Positions 11,663 through 25,472 of a stretch of DNA of 64,000 nt are shown here, one piece after another. Source of the stretch: Octopus vulgaris (Eukaryota); assembly GCA_951406725.2 (NCBI GenBank), contig OX597818.1:85064001-85128000 (forward strand). The letters run 5' to 3'. How positions within the stretch are numbered: position 1 is the stretch's first letter; each line of letters opens with the position of its first letter. The notes beneath the pieces are model-generated. The model made no database searches. It had not been told where the DNA came from and was given only the letters and a program-made list of their open reading frames with translations. Both the position numbers and the translations under genes were made by a program.

Positions 11663-11997
11663 TTATTATTACCTCCGCCTTTGAAATTATTTTCAATGGC
11701 GAATTTGTTGACTTCGGATTGTATTAGATAAGGATGAACTATTTACTACTATTACTAAATTTTCTACAGCCGTATTCACATTCCATGATTACTATTGGGA
11801 TCGAACGGGTACCGGACAAGGATTCTGGGTTACTATTCCGGTTTTTTACTTAATTTTTGAGAGCGGTCAGGTTCATTTTTAGTATTCTCATTTGTGAGAG
11901 CAGTCGAGTTTATTTCAGAAATTCTCATTTTAAAAATCATCTCATTGAGAGGTCGTTGGTGTTGCCTTGCCTGAGGTTTGCGCTCTCTGAGTGTTCT
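11663..11997 (+). mobile_element. Helentron-associated non-autonomous element with both ends
   Basis: 5' ACCTCCGCC, shared GGTACCGGACAAGGATTCTGG core, 3' degenerate subterminal IR (TGCCTGAGGT) plus hairpin GCGCTCTCTGAGTGT followed by a T-rich flank. Confidence 0.65.
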
Positions 11998-12004
11998 TCT
12001 TTTT

Positions 12005-12082
<78 letters not shown>

Positions 12083-12681
12083 TACATATATATCTCAATA
12101 TAGTTTCATTTTGAAGATAAGCAGAGTTTCCAATAGTTTCAGACTGTCCCTATAAAAAGACGTCGGGTGAGGCTTTCATTTTTTACTACTTTATTATTTT
12201 TTCTTAAATTGATGCTTTTATTAAAATTAATTCTAATTGTCTGGGTCAACAGTTCGTTTCCTCGGAGGATATGGAAATTCCTATTACCCGTCAGAGAAAT
12301 AACTCCAGCAGCTCACAACTATTTCAACAAAAACAAGGTTACCTGCTTACCAGTCGAATTCAGCGTCAACGCTCACGTATGAGAGACACTCCAACACACA
12401 CACACACACACACATATATACATATATATATATATATAATGTGTGCATTATGTGGTCGGTTGAGCTGAAAATATGCACACCTATGTTAAAAGTGCTGGCA
12501 AGTTTGCATGACAACTATTTTTTTCCTCAAATGAAACGCGTGACCTCTAGGACAAAATTCCTCATCTTATAAAATGTGGCCCCAGCACACCCGAATGAAA
12601 TCGGGTTATATTAACCAAAATGTGAAAAGGGGTCTAAATGGGGCTGGAAGGGGATTAAAATTTAAATGAGCGAGTGTTTAG

Positions 12682-12960
12682 GAATTCTCTGTTACATCAA
12701 GCTAAAAAATTGGCGCCAGCCTTTTAATCGTCAAAGTGTTGCCGTCCATGATGAAGAAGTTTTGAATGCTTGCTATGGTGAGTCTACTGTCGTGAGAAAG
12801 AATCACTTCAAAACTTGGTGTTACGAATTTTCTTTTACATCAAGTTCAAAATTTTACGCCAGCCGTTAAACTGTCAAAACGTTGCTGTCCGTCGTTAACT
12901 AATGCCAGCCATGGTGACTCTACTATCCTCACATTCTATCTTTTCAAACTTTGGTTTCCA
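12682..12960 (+). repeat. diverged tandem duplication (period ~143 bp), possibly mariner N-terminal HTH relic
   Basis: Two copies of GAATT..TTACATCAAG..CGCCAGCC..GTCAAA..GTTGC.GTCC..ATGGTGA.TCTACT..TTCAAA..TTGGT. The first translates to VLNACYGESTVVRKNHFKTWCYEF. Confidence 0.55.
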
Positions 12961-13245
12961 ATATTTTATTATTTTTATTCAGCTCGCAAGTTCGTCTGTC
13001 CCTTTTAAATGTTAGTGTTTTGCTGTCTGCCTTGAAGCAGACCTTTCCGTTGTTACTGCCTGATATTTATGACTGATCTTTCTAAATATTTTATTTCTCA
13101 ACTTACTCAAGATCTTTTGTTGTTTATAAATGGGAAAGAGATAGATAAAGATAGAGAGTAAGAGAAAGCGAGGGAGAGTCCGAGAGAAAAGAAAAGTAAA
13201 GAGTGGGAAAGTGAGAGAGAAAGGAGAGAGAAACAAAGAGCGAGA

Positions 13246-13560
13246 ATCATCATCATCATCATCATCATCGTTTAACGTCCGTTTTCCGTGCTAGCACGGG
13301 TTGGACAGTTTGACCGGGGTCTGGGAAGCCAGGAGGCTGCACCAGGCTCCAGTCTGATCTGGCAGTGTTTCTACAGGTGGATGACCTTCCTAACACCAAA
13401 CACTCTGTGAGTGTAGTGGGTGCTTTTTTCGTGCCGCCGGCACAGGTGCCAGGGGGCTCGCAGCGGCAACGATCGGTTGGTGCTTTTTACGTGCCACCGG
13501 CACAGAAGCCAGTCAAGGCGGCGCTGCAATCGGCCACGTTCGGGTGGTGCTTTTTACGTG
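13246..13560 (-). mobile_element. second copy of the (GAT)n-tailed RTE-like SINE
   Basis: (CAT)n-CGTTTAACGTCCGTTTTCCGTGCTAGCACGGGTTGG ... GGTGCTTTTTACGTGCCACCGGC subrepeats. Confidence 0.8.
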
Positions 13561-13644
13561 CTGAAAGGAAGCAACGGAAAGTAACAACCACACTCTTACC
13601 CGCGCGTAGAGCGGGTCATCTTCAGCTAGTATATATATATATAC

Positions 13645-13892
13645 AGTCTAGCTGTGGTTTGCCTTGGGCAGGTCCTGTGCATGTTAACCTTCTCCGGCAC
13701 TTTCTAAACGACCTGGGTGGGCCTGTACCTGCCCTGTAAAGCATTTTCCGACACACCGAAGATTCTGGCACTCTCCCACTCGTGAGTAACGTGAAATGAA
13801 GTGTTTTACTCAAGAGTTCAACAAGTCGCCCGGTCCGGGAATCGAACTTATGCTCTAGCAATTGTGAGTAAAACACCCTAACTACGCCTACG
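13645..13892 (-). mobile_element. tRNA-derived SINE fragment (other family)
   Basis: Minus strand has B-box-like AGTTCGATTCCCGGACC followed by CTTGAGTAAAACACTTCATTTCAC. Confidence 0.55.
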
Positions 13893-13898
13893 CACTTT

Positions 13899-13940
<42 letters not shown>

Positions 13941-13984
13941 CCCGCCTGTTCTCCACTATAAAATGCATTCAAATATTACATATT

Positions 13985-15955
13985 CACATACAAGAACCTC
14001 CTTCTTATACGATGCACCATGGAGAAGCGACTAACTAATATGACTTTCGTGGGCTTTCGTAGGGCACTGATCAGTGGAAAGCTTTCGGTAGGGTTGACTA
14101 TGGTTACCTGACAGCCGTCCTAAAAGCTGCCGTCTTGTGATATAATTTCAGAGACTGAATCGCAGCAATGCACAATGACACTTGCTCAGGGTTAAAAGTG
14201 AACGGCCACCTGTTGGAACCTGTTCATATCACACTTTGGCCTGTCAGATGTTTCTTTCTTCGTCTCTCCTATATGTACTGGCTCTCGAACCATTGATACG
14301 GAAGCTAGAACTCTTTCGAGCTAGGATCCTTTCGAGCTAGGATGCAAGAAAGCTGTGTTGGCGTATGCAGTTTACATCACCGTAATAGTGTCGAATAGCA
14401 TGGAAGTGGAATTTGTCAGTTCCATAGTGGTGGAATACGAAGAGATTAGCATGAGCAAAAATAATTCTGTACACATCGGTGGGTTTGCAACTCAGCACTT
14501 GGGGAAGAGGGTTTATGCTGTCGAACAGCATAGTGGGCTGCTGGACAAACAGACACAGTTAAAATGCTCGCGGTCTGATTTGGTCCAGACCTCCATGTGG
14601 ACAGAAAAGGAGACATAGTTACGAGTAGGGTAACCAGCCTCATCCAGAAATGGGCTGAGAAGCTATCACTGAAAGGTCAAGCAGAGATGGCGAATGCCTA
14701 CGTAAATTACCATTTGACTATTGTGTCTGGCCTCATTCACTATTTGGCCAGAATGAAGCGTCTGTTTTTTCATTTCTAGTGGAAGTGATACGCTCACTAG
14801 TCTGATGGTCCATCTATTTCTAGCGCTCTCAGGTAGGTAGGATTGGTATTCCGTGGCTGCTAATGTGCAGACATGCGCTGAAGCAACGCTACCTCCGTTT
14901 TAAGACATGTTTTTCTGCAACTCATATCTTTGACTGAGTAAGAAAAGACCAGCACTGGGATAAGAAAAGATCAGCACTGGGGACTTGGTGTCCGGCAACT
15001 GACATGTCATTAGGCGCTCAGCGCGCTCTACAGTCGACCAGTGCGGTCAGAGGAAGTTTCACTTCAGCAATCTATAAACACGTAACGTCGTATAAGATCA
15101 ATGATGTTCTCGAGAAATCTCTTGGCATTGAATAGGATGAAGTAGCTGATTTATTTCAGAGAAATTTCGAGCCGAGGACTACTATGGATAACTTCTAGCT
15201 ATCCTTAGCCTGAGAGATCTATCGAGGTCACTACTGGTTCGAGATAAACTCAGCAAGCATGGAAGTGCCACCAGATGAGACTGTCCGAGATGCACGCAGA
15301 ACGACGAAACCGTATTGCACGCACTCGTGCGGTGTCCGAGGTTTGCTGACTCGTGGAGTTATGTCGAACAGCTATTGTCGCATACAATTCGAATCTGGCT
15401 ATCGATCAAGTCCGTCGTGAACATTGCCCCACTAACCGTCTTTACCAAAGCGAGGCAGGCAGTGTTCCTTTCTCTATTGGATACGGCGAAAGATGTCGTG
15501 CTGTGGACGAGGCTAAAAGGAATGAAGATAGACACTTTCCTCCTCGGCCAAGCCCTCATTGAGTTTTTTCGTGTCCTACAGGAAAAGAAAAGTGAGAGTG
15601 AAGTTAGAAGTGCTCTCCCCCAGTGGATTTACTAAAAGGTGGATGACTGATAAAAATGGTCAAGGAAAATTAACCAACAGTAAGGATGTACCTATAGATT
15701 GGAGAACAATAGTAGAGTGAGGGCTTGTGCCCCTGGTGGTCAGGGTGATCCTGGATCTGTGGGTTTTTTCGTTAGCGGTTCTTCTGTATCATACAAATGT
15801 CTTCATCCACTCATTTTGTATACTATGTATAATACTTTAATTTCATTTCCCCTCCCCCCTTTTCTTCCCCCAAATTTTTATTTAAGCCCCGCACACAAAT
15901 TGTAAATTCTTTTTGTAATATGCCCCTCATCCAATGCCCCTGTGGAAAAAGAATT
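13985..15955 (+). mobile_element. decayed 5'-truncated Tx1/L1-clade LINE (ORF2 RT, C-terminal CCHC zinc finger, 3' UTR)
   Basis: Frameshifted motifs KAFGRVDYGYL..VLKAA, KVNGHL, LLYVLALEPLIRKL, AYAVYITV (AYADD), WAEKLSLKGQAEMAN and CPRCTQNDETVLHALVRCP (15282-15338). The 3' end TGCCCCTGTGG..AAAGAATT precedes (ATT)n. Confidence 0.85.
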
Positions 15956-15970
15956 CGTAATTATTATTAT

Positions 15971-16105
15971 GTTCTGAGTTCAAATTCCGTCGAGGTCGAC
16001 TTTACCTTTCATCCTTTCGGGTTCGATAAATTCAGTACCAGTGAAACCAGGTTGATGTAATTGATTATTCCGCTCCCCCCAAAATTTCACCTTTAGTAGA
16101 AAGGA
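15971..16105 (+). mobile_element. SINE family A, 5'-truncated
   Basis: GTTCTGAGTTCAAATTCCGTCGAGGTCGACTTTACCTTTCATCCTTTCGGG. Confidence 0.8.
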
Positions 16106-16132
16106 TTATTATTATTAATGTTGTTGTTTATT

Positions 16133-16167
<35 letters not shown>

Positions 16168-16170
16168 TAT

Positions 16171-16246
<76 letters not shown>

Positions 16247-16253
16247 GGTGGTG

Positions 16254-16311
<58 letters not shown>

Positions 16312-16334
16312 CATCATCATCATTATTATTATTT

Positions 16335-16626
16335 TAAACTTTTAATCTACATGTTTGTCACAATCATTTGCCGAGGCACACCCAGCGTTTTGAGGCGAGT
16401 GAAGGTTAAGAGATGTTACAGCATGACTGAAAGCTTGGGGGGGGGGAGTGGCAGGGGTAGTAGCGAAATATCTTCATGTAATACATCGCAGACATTTAAA
16501 TGGATAGGGTTTTTCTAAGGATGTGGGCACTACTTGTCATCACAATCTTTTGGATTTCTCGGGATCTTATCTAGATGTTTCTGACATCCCTTCTTTATCA
16601 TACCTAGGGCACTCACACTAACAGGA

Positions 16627-16628
<2 letters not shown>
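16335..16628 (-). mobile_element. second 5'-truncated Dong/R4 LINE 3' end within (TAA)n
   Basis: Minus strand YPVSVSALGMIKKGCQKHLDKIP, then after a frameshift EIQKIVMTSSAHILRKTLSI* (stop 16496-16498). Homologous to 318-593 and embedded in TTA/ATT tracts. Confidence 0.8.
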
Positions 16629-16689
<61 letters not shown>

Positions 16690-16712
16690 TATCATTATTA
16701 TTATTATTATTA

Positions 16713-16746
<34 letters not shown>

Positions 16747-16803
16747 CATTACTATTCTTGTTGTTATTATTATTGAAATCATTGTTATTATTATTTATTA
16801 TTA

Positions 16804-16865
<62 letters not shown>

Positions 16866-17003
16866 TACGTAAAGCTTTTCCTGAAAAACACGCCTTACAT
16901 CAGCTGTCGACTGAAGATCGCAATAATTTCCGCACCTTCCAAGTGAGTGTGTGTGTGTATGTATGTGTATATATACTTATTTATATATGCATATATATAT
17001 GTG

Positions 17004-17035
<32 letters not shown>

Positions 17036-17240
17036 TGAACACACAGACACATGCATACATTTTCATATACATAAGCATCATATGTATGTGTGTGTGTGTG
17101 TATACATAATAGTATGTATGTATGTATGTATGTATGCATGTATGTGTGTATGCATGTGTATATGTATGTATGTAAACACTACCAGAAATAACCGGTGTTG
17201 CCTGGCTATTGTATCAAAGTAAACACTACGAAGGAATCTA

Positions 17241-17500
17241 CTGACTGTGACATGTGTTGATGGTCTTTGGCGAAGCTGAGTCTGACAAGAATTTTATTTG
17301 GAACATTTTAAATTCAAATGGTAAATCATTTGGCTTCACAGATATTCTGGAAATGAAACAATTGTGTCCAGCAACTTTAACTGACATCTTTATGACAAAC
17401 GGAACATGAGGCGTCATAATTCTGATAATGTCTTTTGTGCCATCCCAAAATTTTGGGGAATGTAGGTTATGTGTCGATAGAGATTTACTTGCTGTTTTTA
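17241..17500 (-). mobile_element. Helitron PIF1-family helicase fragment, decayed
   Basis: HNLHSPKFWDGTKDIIRIMTPHV...AGHNCFISRISVKPNDLPFEFK...VRLSFAK/TINTCHSQ, matching the Helitron RNL.PPKLCNGT...VFIPRIP..PSDLPFEFKR.QFPVRLAFAMTINKSQGQ motif. Confidence 0.75.
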
Positions 17501-17789
17501 GCAGGCCTAGCTACAATGTAGTGGTCTGTTTTATTGGCATAAAGGGGAAGATGTATGATGGAGCAAGAAGGCACACTGAGGATGATAGAAACACATGGCT
17601 CAGAGTCACAACATCTGAACCATATGTTTCCTTCGTAACCCTGGACAGCTTTGGCGTCGGGTAGGAAGGGATCGAAACGCATACAGAGCTGCTTCACCGC
17701 CTGACAGAGTGTTGCATTCGGAGTCAGAGTATACCAAAACCCTCAGCACCTTAGTGTTTACCCTCAATATGTCCATACATATAGCAACG

Positions 17790-18174
17790 GGTTGTTGTTT
17801 GAAGGAGATTCTGCTGCTGTATCGAGAAGTTTGAAAAAACAGGTTCGGGCTCCCACGTTGGCTAATGTTTCTAAGCAAATCAGGCTTGAACACGGAGAAC
17901 TCTTTTTTAATCACATACATACATACATACATACATACATACATACATACATACATACATACATACATACATACATACAAGAAACAGTAGGGAATAATTT
18001 TAGGGAGATATGTTTGCTATTTCTATCAGGCCTAGCTAACATTAACAGCTTCCTTGTTGGCTGATATATAAATATATAGATAAAACAGTATGGTATGATT
18101 TGAGGGAAATTTGATTACTATTACTGTCAGATCTATATGAAATGTAGAGTTCCCATTCATTAGTTCATATATAC

Positions 18175-18205
<31 letters not shown>

Positions 18206-18553
18206 AAATATACAAACACAAGGTTTTTACCTTGTAATTTGAAGACGAATTGGCAACACCTTCTATCTGGTCTTCATAACATGAGCAGGTTTCCCCATTG
18301 GCTCATACGTAAGAATGCAGCGTGTGATTTGAGGGAGATTTTGCTGTTTCGAGTTAACATGTAATGGTTCCCACATTGGGTTATACGTGCATTAGAAAGT
18401 AGGGTGCGATTAAATGAAGATTTGGCTACTGTTTTAAGAATTTGAAAACACCAAAATCCAATGACCATTTTAAAAGCAGCTAGAGATAGCGATAAAGATA
18501 CAAACTGACCCACGCCATTAATCTCTCACCCTCCCTCTCCATATCTCTCTGTT

Positions 18554-18590
<37 letters not shown>

Positions 18591-18850
18591 TTCTTTATCT
18601 CTGTATTCAATTATTGCAAAGAGAGAAGGAAATAGAAATAAATATTAAAGTGAGGTAGAAAGAAAAAGAAATACAAAGTGTTTGACGTCACCCAAACGTA
18701 ATTTCAGTGATGCTACCACCACTACTTATCAAATTTCAACTTTCTTTCTTTCGCCATCTCCTTTCTTGACAGATAGCGGTGTATGGTTTACAGGAAAATT
18801 GGCGGCTATTTCTCAAGATAAATGCTACAGAAATCTTCCCTGTCAGATAA
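17790..18850 (-). repeat. cluster of ~6 degenerate partial family C repeats in the same orientation
   Basis: Recurrent GATTTGAGGGAGATTTGGCTGCTATTTCTAG-like motif at ~17795, 17995, 18095, 18325, 18405 and 18785. Confidence 0.6.
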
Positions 18851-18897
18851 TGGATTATAATATATATAGTTTGTGGGCGTTCGTTTTGTATTAGTTA

Positions 18898-18939
<42 letters not shown>

Positions 18940-20130
18940 TCACACACGTGCGCTCACGCACGTGCACACATACAAACACATGCGTACATAAATACATGTG
19001 CGCGCGTATTTGCTTCGGCACACCGGACAGTTATATAACCAATTCCTGTGACTGCTGGTTACAGCAGGTGTATGACTTTCACACCGCCTGATGAGAGTTA
19101 TGGTTTTCGAAACAGGACGTTCCAAAGCGGAACACTTCCTACGAGATTTGATGTCACCAGTGCAATATTCTTTATATTCTGTAACAAAGATCAGTTCTTT
19201 CCGTTTACTCTTTCACTCTATATACACTTGTGTCGAAGTCAAAAATATTTTCTAATTGTATTGATATTTATTGATTACTTTTGGTGAAAAATATCTTGCT
19301 ACGACTAATTGTAGTTACCTTGTGGAGTATATATGTATTTATTACCGATTGTAGGTAGTGGAGTGGCTGCAGTATCATAATAGTTTGAAGTCAACCTGTG
19401 AAGCTAGTGTTAAGACATCTCTTTTTATCTTCCAAAGGCACGAAGTAAGCTCCTGGACGAATGCAAACATCTTTAGCCTCTCTTATCATGACTAAGTTGA
19501 GTTCTAAATAAAAACTGAGCAAGCTGAACAAGCTGAACTCTTAAATAAGTTATACCCAGGGTATACAGTCTCCTTACGGCTGTAATAGTAGATGATGACT
19601 TCAAAAGTCTGATACATCTAAATGTATTGGTCACCTTATCAAGATTTTTTAGTACGGCGTCAAACTTCCCACAATACATTCGTTGCCAGACAATCCACTA
19701 GAAAGTCAATTCATGAGCTAAACTGGAGGTCCACCTCCTACTTCACTTGCGTCCTTCACAGTGCGTTTGCCTTCGTCGGGACAACACATGTAGGCATGAA
19801 GATCACCCGATGATGTAATTCGGTAACAGAATAGTTATCTGGATAATCCGAGCTGTTTTTAATTTCGACTTTGACACTTATGTACAGTTTCATTTTTATG
19901 GATCTTTGCAAATGGTACTTGCTGGACTATTTATATGTATATGTCACCATTTTTTTAATGTGATGGACATGATGATAAAGACACACGTAGTCCACTGTGT
20001 ACCATGGGACAAAAATCGATGAAGGCGAAACTGTGCAATAATGGACGAGTACTTTACACATTCGTTGTTCAAAAGTATTGAATCCTCCCTATATTTTTTA
20101 TTGTTATCTATCACACGCTGGTAAACATTT

Positions 20131-20183
<53 letters not shown>

Positions 20184-20636
20184 TGTGTGCGTTTGCATAT
20201 GTATATATATATAGACATCCACACTAATGTATATCAGTGTATGTATATATATATATATATATTCATTAAATACGAATGTATATGTATATGTATGTATGAA
20301 TGTTTATATACATAATATACATAAATGCAAATGTGTTCATATGTATCTACGCGCACCAGTAGACATGAGAGTCTGTGTGAGTGTGTGTATATATATTATG
20401 TATATATACATATACATACATACATACATACATACATACATACACGAACAATCTAATGTTTATCAGCACTTTAATGCTTTATGGTGGTGGTGGTGGTGGT
20501 GGTGGTAGTGGTACTGCTGCTGTTGCTGTTGCCGGTTGGGAAAATAGTGAGGGTTGAATATTGTAGGTGGTTGTAGGGGGATGGTGGTGTTGGGTCAATC
20601 AGCCCTGTGTGCGTATGTGTAAGTGAACGTGCGTGC

Positions 20637-20688
<52 letters not shown>

Positions 20689-20798
20689 GTGTATGTGTGT
20701 GTGCAATACATTTATTTATATGTAAATATGTACGCAGATAACTACAATAGTATATATATATATGTACATGTATATGTATGAAGTGTGTGTGTGTGTGT

Positions 20799-20847
<49 letters not shown>

Positions 20848-20888
20848 TGTGTATGTGTGTGTGTATGTGTGTGTGCATGTGTGTGTAT

Positions 20889-20920
<32 letters not shown>

Positions 20921-21481
20921 CCTGATGAAGCAAATCTACAAATATAAACATTCCAAACATAATCAGCCTGTCTTTCCCCTAGGAGCACGGAAAGTCAAGA
21001 CCCACACCGTGTTCGTTGATAAGGTCGGAGAGTTGGTTTGAGGATGACTTGGCAACTATTTCTAGCAGAACGAGCCAATTCTTAGAGGTTCCTTCGTAGA
21101 TATCCTTCTTATCACAGAATTACTGATGCTGTTACTGTTGATATTACTGTTCTTGGCGGTGGTGTTGATGGTGGCGGTGCTTGCGGTGGTGGTGGTGGTG
21201 ATGGTAGTGATGGTGGTGGTGGTGGTGTTACTGTTGCATTAGTATTGTTGATGTTATTGTTGCTGTTGTTGATGTTGTTGTTACTGTTCGTGTTTTTCTT
21301 CTGCTTCTGCTGTTGCTGCCGCTTACAACTGCTACTACTGCTTACGTTGCTACTACTGCTGCTGCTGCTACTGCTGCTGCTGCTACTGCTGCAGTTATTA
21401 CTGCTGTTATTACCGCTGTCCCTGCTGCTGCTGCTGCAGCTGCTTTTGCTGTTAGTATTGCAGAAAATCACTTCTCATACA

Positions 21482-21532
<51 letters not shown>

Positions 21533-21635
21533 ACTTTCACTTTCTCTCTCCTCTTTCTTTCTGTTTATATATTTATGAGTGTGTGTGTATATATTTGAGT
21601 GTATGTGTGTGTGCTTCATATACATACATATATAT

Positions 21636-21683
<48 letters not shown>

Positions 21684-21880
21684 ATGTATATATGTATGTA
21701 TATCTATATGTAAACACACATATATGTGTGTGTATTCATTCGCTGTGCCTCTTACTCTCGATTATACACTTAAACACTATCTCTGTTTCTCTCTCTATCT
21801 CTCTCTCTCTTCTTATTTCCCTTCCGTTCTCCCTGCTCTCTCTCTCTCTCTCTCTGTGTCCGTCTGTGTCTGTCTGTCTG

Positions 21881-22051
<171 letters not shown>

Positions 22052-22614
22052 ACAGTGCTGTTCCAATCGCCAATAAATGAACTCGTTCTAGACACCATTG
22101 ACAACAAATTTCCAACTCGCTCGCGCACTTCTGCCACTTTCTATCCCGTTTCCAGCAGCAGCAGAAACACTAATACCACTGCTTATACCACTAATACCAC
22201 TGCTTATACCACTAACACCATCACCACTAACACCACTACTACCAACACCACCATCACCCCCACCAACACCACCACCACTACCACCGACACGACCGCCGCC
22301 GACATCACTACCGCCTTCACCATCACCACTAACACGACCACCACTAGCACCGACACCACCAAAGTTACCGCTTAACCGCCATCATCAACATCACCACCGC
22401 CACCAGCGTCACCACCACTCCACCATCACCACTACCCTTATCCTCGACACCGTTTACCAACAACGCCACCACCACTTCCATCACCTACCACTGAGCCTCA
22501 CCACGACAACGACCACCACCATCACCACCACCACCACCACCACAACCAGCACGGAGCACCACCGTGATTACCACTACCCACCACCACTCCTAACCTGACC
22601 ATCACCACTTTTAC

Positions 22615-22870
22615 ACTAGCCGACGGCCTAGCCTCTAAGCGGTTGCCTCTACCACACGCACACACAGTCACACTCTTGCAAGAAATAAGAGTCAAAATCT
22701 TCCTTATATCGATTTGCAACGATTTTAAACATGGAAAGACATATTAGATAATGTAGTCCAAGATACTCGTGGAAGGACTGATTTGGTCATGGCTAAAATG
22801 CCTTTGGAAATCGGTTAGCACAAACGAGGTTATTCCAGGGGGAGGGGGTTAAACAACAAGAACAACAATA
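22615..22870 (+). mobile_element. family C repeat, near full length, (AAC)n tail
   Basis: TGCAAGAAATAAGAGTCAAAATCT..GACATATTAGATAATGTAG..GGTCATGGCT..GGGTTAAACAACAAG. Confidence 0.55.
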
Positions 22871-23016
22871 ACCCACCTGATTTGATTTTCACAGCCACCA
22901 TCATCACCACTGATCGCCAGCGGTTAATAAATATCTATCAATCGATCTATCTACCTATCAATATTGAACCGTCTTTCAATCTATCTCTGTGCTTTTACCA
23001 CTTCTCCCTCTGTCTG

Positions 23017-23077
<61 letters not shown>

Positions 23078-23131
23078 TTCTGTATATCTATATCTATCTA
23101 GCTGTCTGTCTCCGTACATATACATACTCAT

Positions 23132-23171
<40 letters not shown>

Positions 23172-23417
23172 CCTAGCAGTGTATTCATCTATCCATCTAT
23201 CTTCCTATCCTCCCTCTCTCTCCTACAGATTCTGCTTCCTTTCTTCCACCATCCTCTTCTCACTCTCTCTCTCTCTCTTTCTCTCCCTCTCTCCCTCTTC
23301 CTCTCTTTATCTCTCACTTATTCAATCACTTAATCATTCACTCACACACTCAATTATTCAGTTGCTCTACTCTATTATGTGCTTTCTCTTTTATCTCAAA
23401 TCTTCTTTCTCTCCCAC

Positions 23418-23900
23418 TCTAACACATGTATTTCTATCTTTTCCTAGTTTTCCCTCCGTAACATATTTCAATCGTCTCCCCTCTCTCTCCCTCCCTCCCT
23501 CCCTACCTCACTCTAAAATATCTTTCTGATTTCTTTCTTTCTTTCTCTCTCTCTCTCTCTCTCTAATACATTTCTATCTTTCTCTAGTTTTCTTTCTCTC
23601 TCCCCGCTCCCTAATATATATTTCTATCTTTCTCTACTTCTCTCTCTCCCTCTCGCTAGTATATATTTCTACCATTTCCTACGCCTTTCCTATCTCTCTC
23701 TCTCTCTCTCTCACTAACATATTTCTATCGCTTTCTACATTTCTCTCCCTTTCCTCCTCTCTCAAACATTTGTATCGTTCTCTACTTTACACTTTCTCTC
23801 CCTCTCCCTAACATATATTCCTATCGTTTTCTACTTCTCTCTTCTCCTTCTCTCTCTCTCTCTCTCTCTCTCTCTAACACTTCTATTCTTCTCTAATTCT
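23418..23900. repeat. degenerate minisatellite: ~9 units of CTAACATATATTTCTATCTTTTCT.. separated by (TC)n
   Basis: Anchor motif recurs every ~40-70 bp. Confidence 0.65.
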
Positions 23901-24427
23901 CTCTCTCCCTCTCCCTTGCTCGCTTTCTCCCTCTCTCATTCACTTATAAGCAAATCTTCATTCATATCAATCAGTAGTTCTCCCTCAATCTCTTTTATTT
24001 ATTCTTTCACTTATTCCCTCACTCACTGTTTCAATCCCTCACTCACTCACTCATTCACTCACTCTTCCACTCTCTCTCTCTCTCTCTCACCTCTCACTCG
24101 TTCTCTCCCACGCTCTTACTCTTGCCTTTGCTCGCTCTCACAATTTCGTTTACTCCCTCCCTCCCTCCCTCTTCTTACACTCTCACTGTCTCGCTTGCTC
24201 ACTCACTCACTCCCGCACTCAATCAATCAATCACTCACTCACTCTCTCACACTCTCACTCAATCTCTCGCTCCCTCACTTCTGTTCCATCTCTCATACTA
24301 CTTTTAAATCGCGCTGTGGACAAAACGTTTACAATTCTGTCTCATATCTCCCCAATATTATTTTTCCCATTGTATTAAACACAAACAAATATACATACAC
24401 ACATACACACACGTTATATATATATAC

Positions 24428-24463
<36 letters not shown>

Positions 24464-24550
24464 TATATACATATATACATATATATTCACCTATATCGAG
24501 ATATTACATCTTATTATAACATATATATTCATATACAAATATACATATAC

Positions 24551-24601
<51 letters not shown>

Positions 24602-24739
24602 CATATACAGATATATAGTATATATATATATTTATTTATTTATTCAATATATACCTGTCTATTTGGCGACATTTACATCCTATGGATTTTTGTTAAAAAA
24701 ATATGGTAAGTAGCGCAACGAAAAGAATGCATTATTGTT

Positions 24740-24777
<38 letters not shown>

Positions 24778-25059
24778 CATTATTAGAAATTGTTGCTGTT
24801 ATTAGTACAATTGTTGTTATTGTTGGCATTATATGTATTCTTTGCTTTCTAAACGCAATGCTACTGTATATTTCGGGATGGTTTCTTCGGATGCAAAGAA
24901 TCGAAACACCCATTTACAAATCCTTTAAAAGATAACGTTGTTGTTGTTCTTGTTACACTATTATTGTTGTTATTGTTATTATCATTATTATTATTATTAT
25001 TACTATTATTATTATCACTAATATTATGCTGTTGTTTAAGTTAGAAATCTTTGTTTGCC

Positions 25060-25228
25060 TCTTCACTCACCCCTACCCATCTTATTCTCTCTTTTTTTTT
25101 ATGTAAGCTGTACCCCCTACACAGATACACACACACAGATGCGCGTGCGCGCAGATTGTAAGCTGTCTTTGTAATTAATGTCTTACCGTCATATCCCATC
25201 TGATGCTGCCCCTGTGGCAAATAAGCCA
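25060..25228 (+). mobile_element. short Tx1-like 3' UTR end followed by (ATC)n
   Basis: TTGTAAG..TCTTTGTAAT..CCCATC..TGCCCCTGTGGCAAATAAG, similar to 15900-15955. Confidence 0.55.
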
Positions 25229-25405
25229 GATCATCATCATCATCACTGTCATCGTCATCATTGTTGTTGTTATTACTATCACTACTACTACTAATACTAC
25301 TACTACTACTACTACCACCAGTCAAATACTGGGGCAATGGTATCGATTAACAACTTCCACCTTCCCTCTCCACAAAACTGCTGGCCTTGTGCCAAAATTC
25401 GAAAC

Positions 25406-25472
<67 letters not shown>

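Noticed and set aside
19084-19130. CTGATGAG...CGAAAC hammerhead-like string
   Set aside because: Stem I partner (GCGG) is displaced 5 nt from the putative cleavage triplet and stem II relies on G-U pairs; at best a relic.
19290-20120. Possible decayed retroelement coding relic
   Set aside because: Only vague resemblance to REL-type LINE motifs; multiple stops and no reliable motif.
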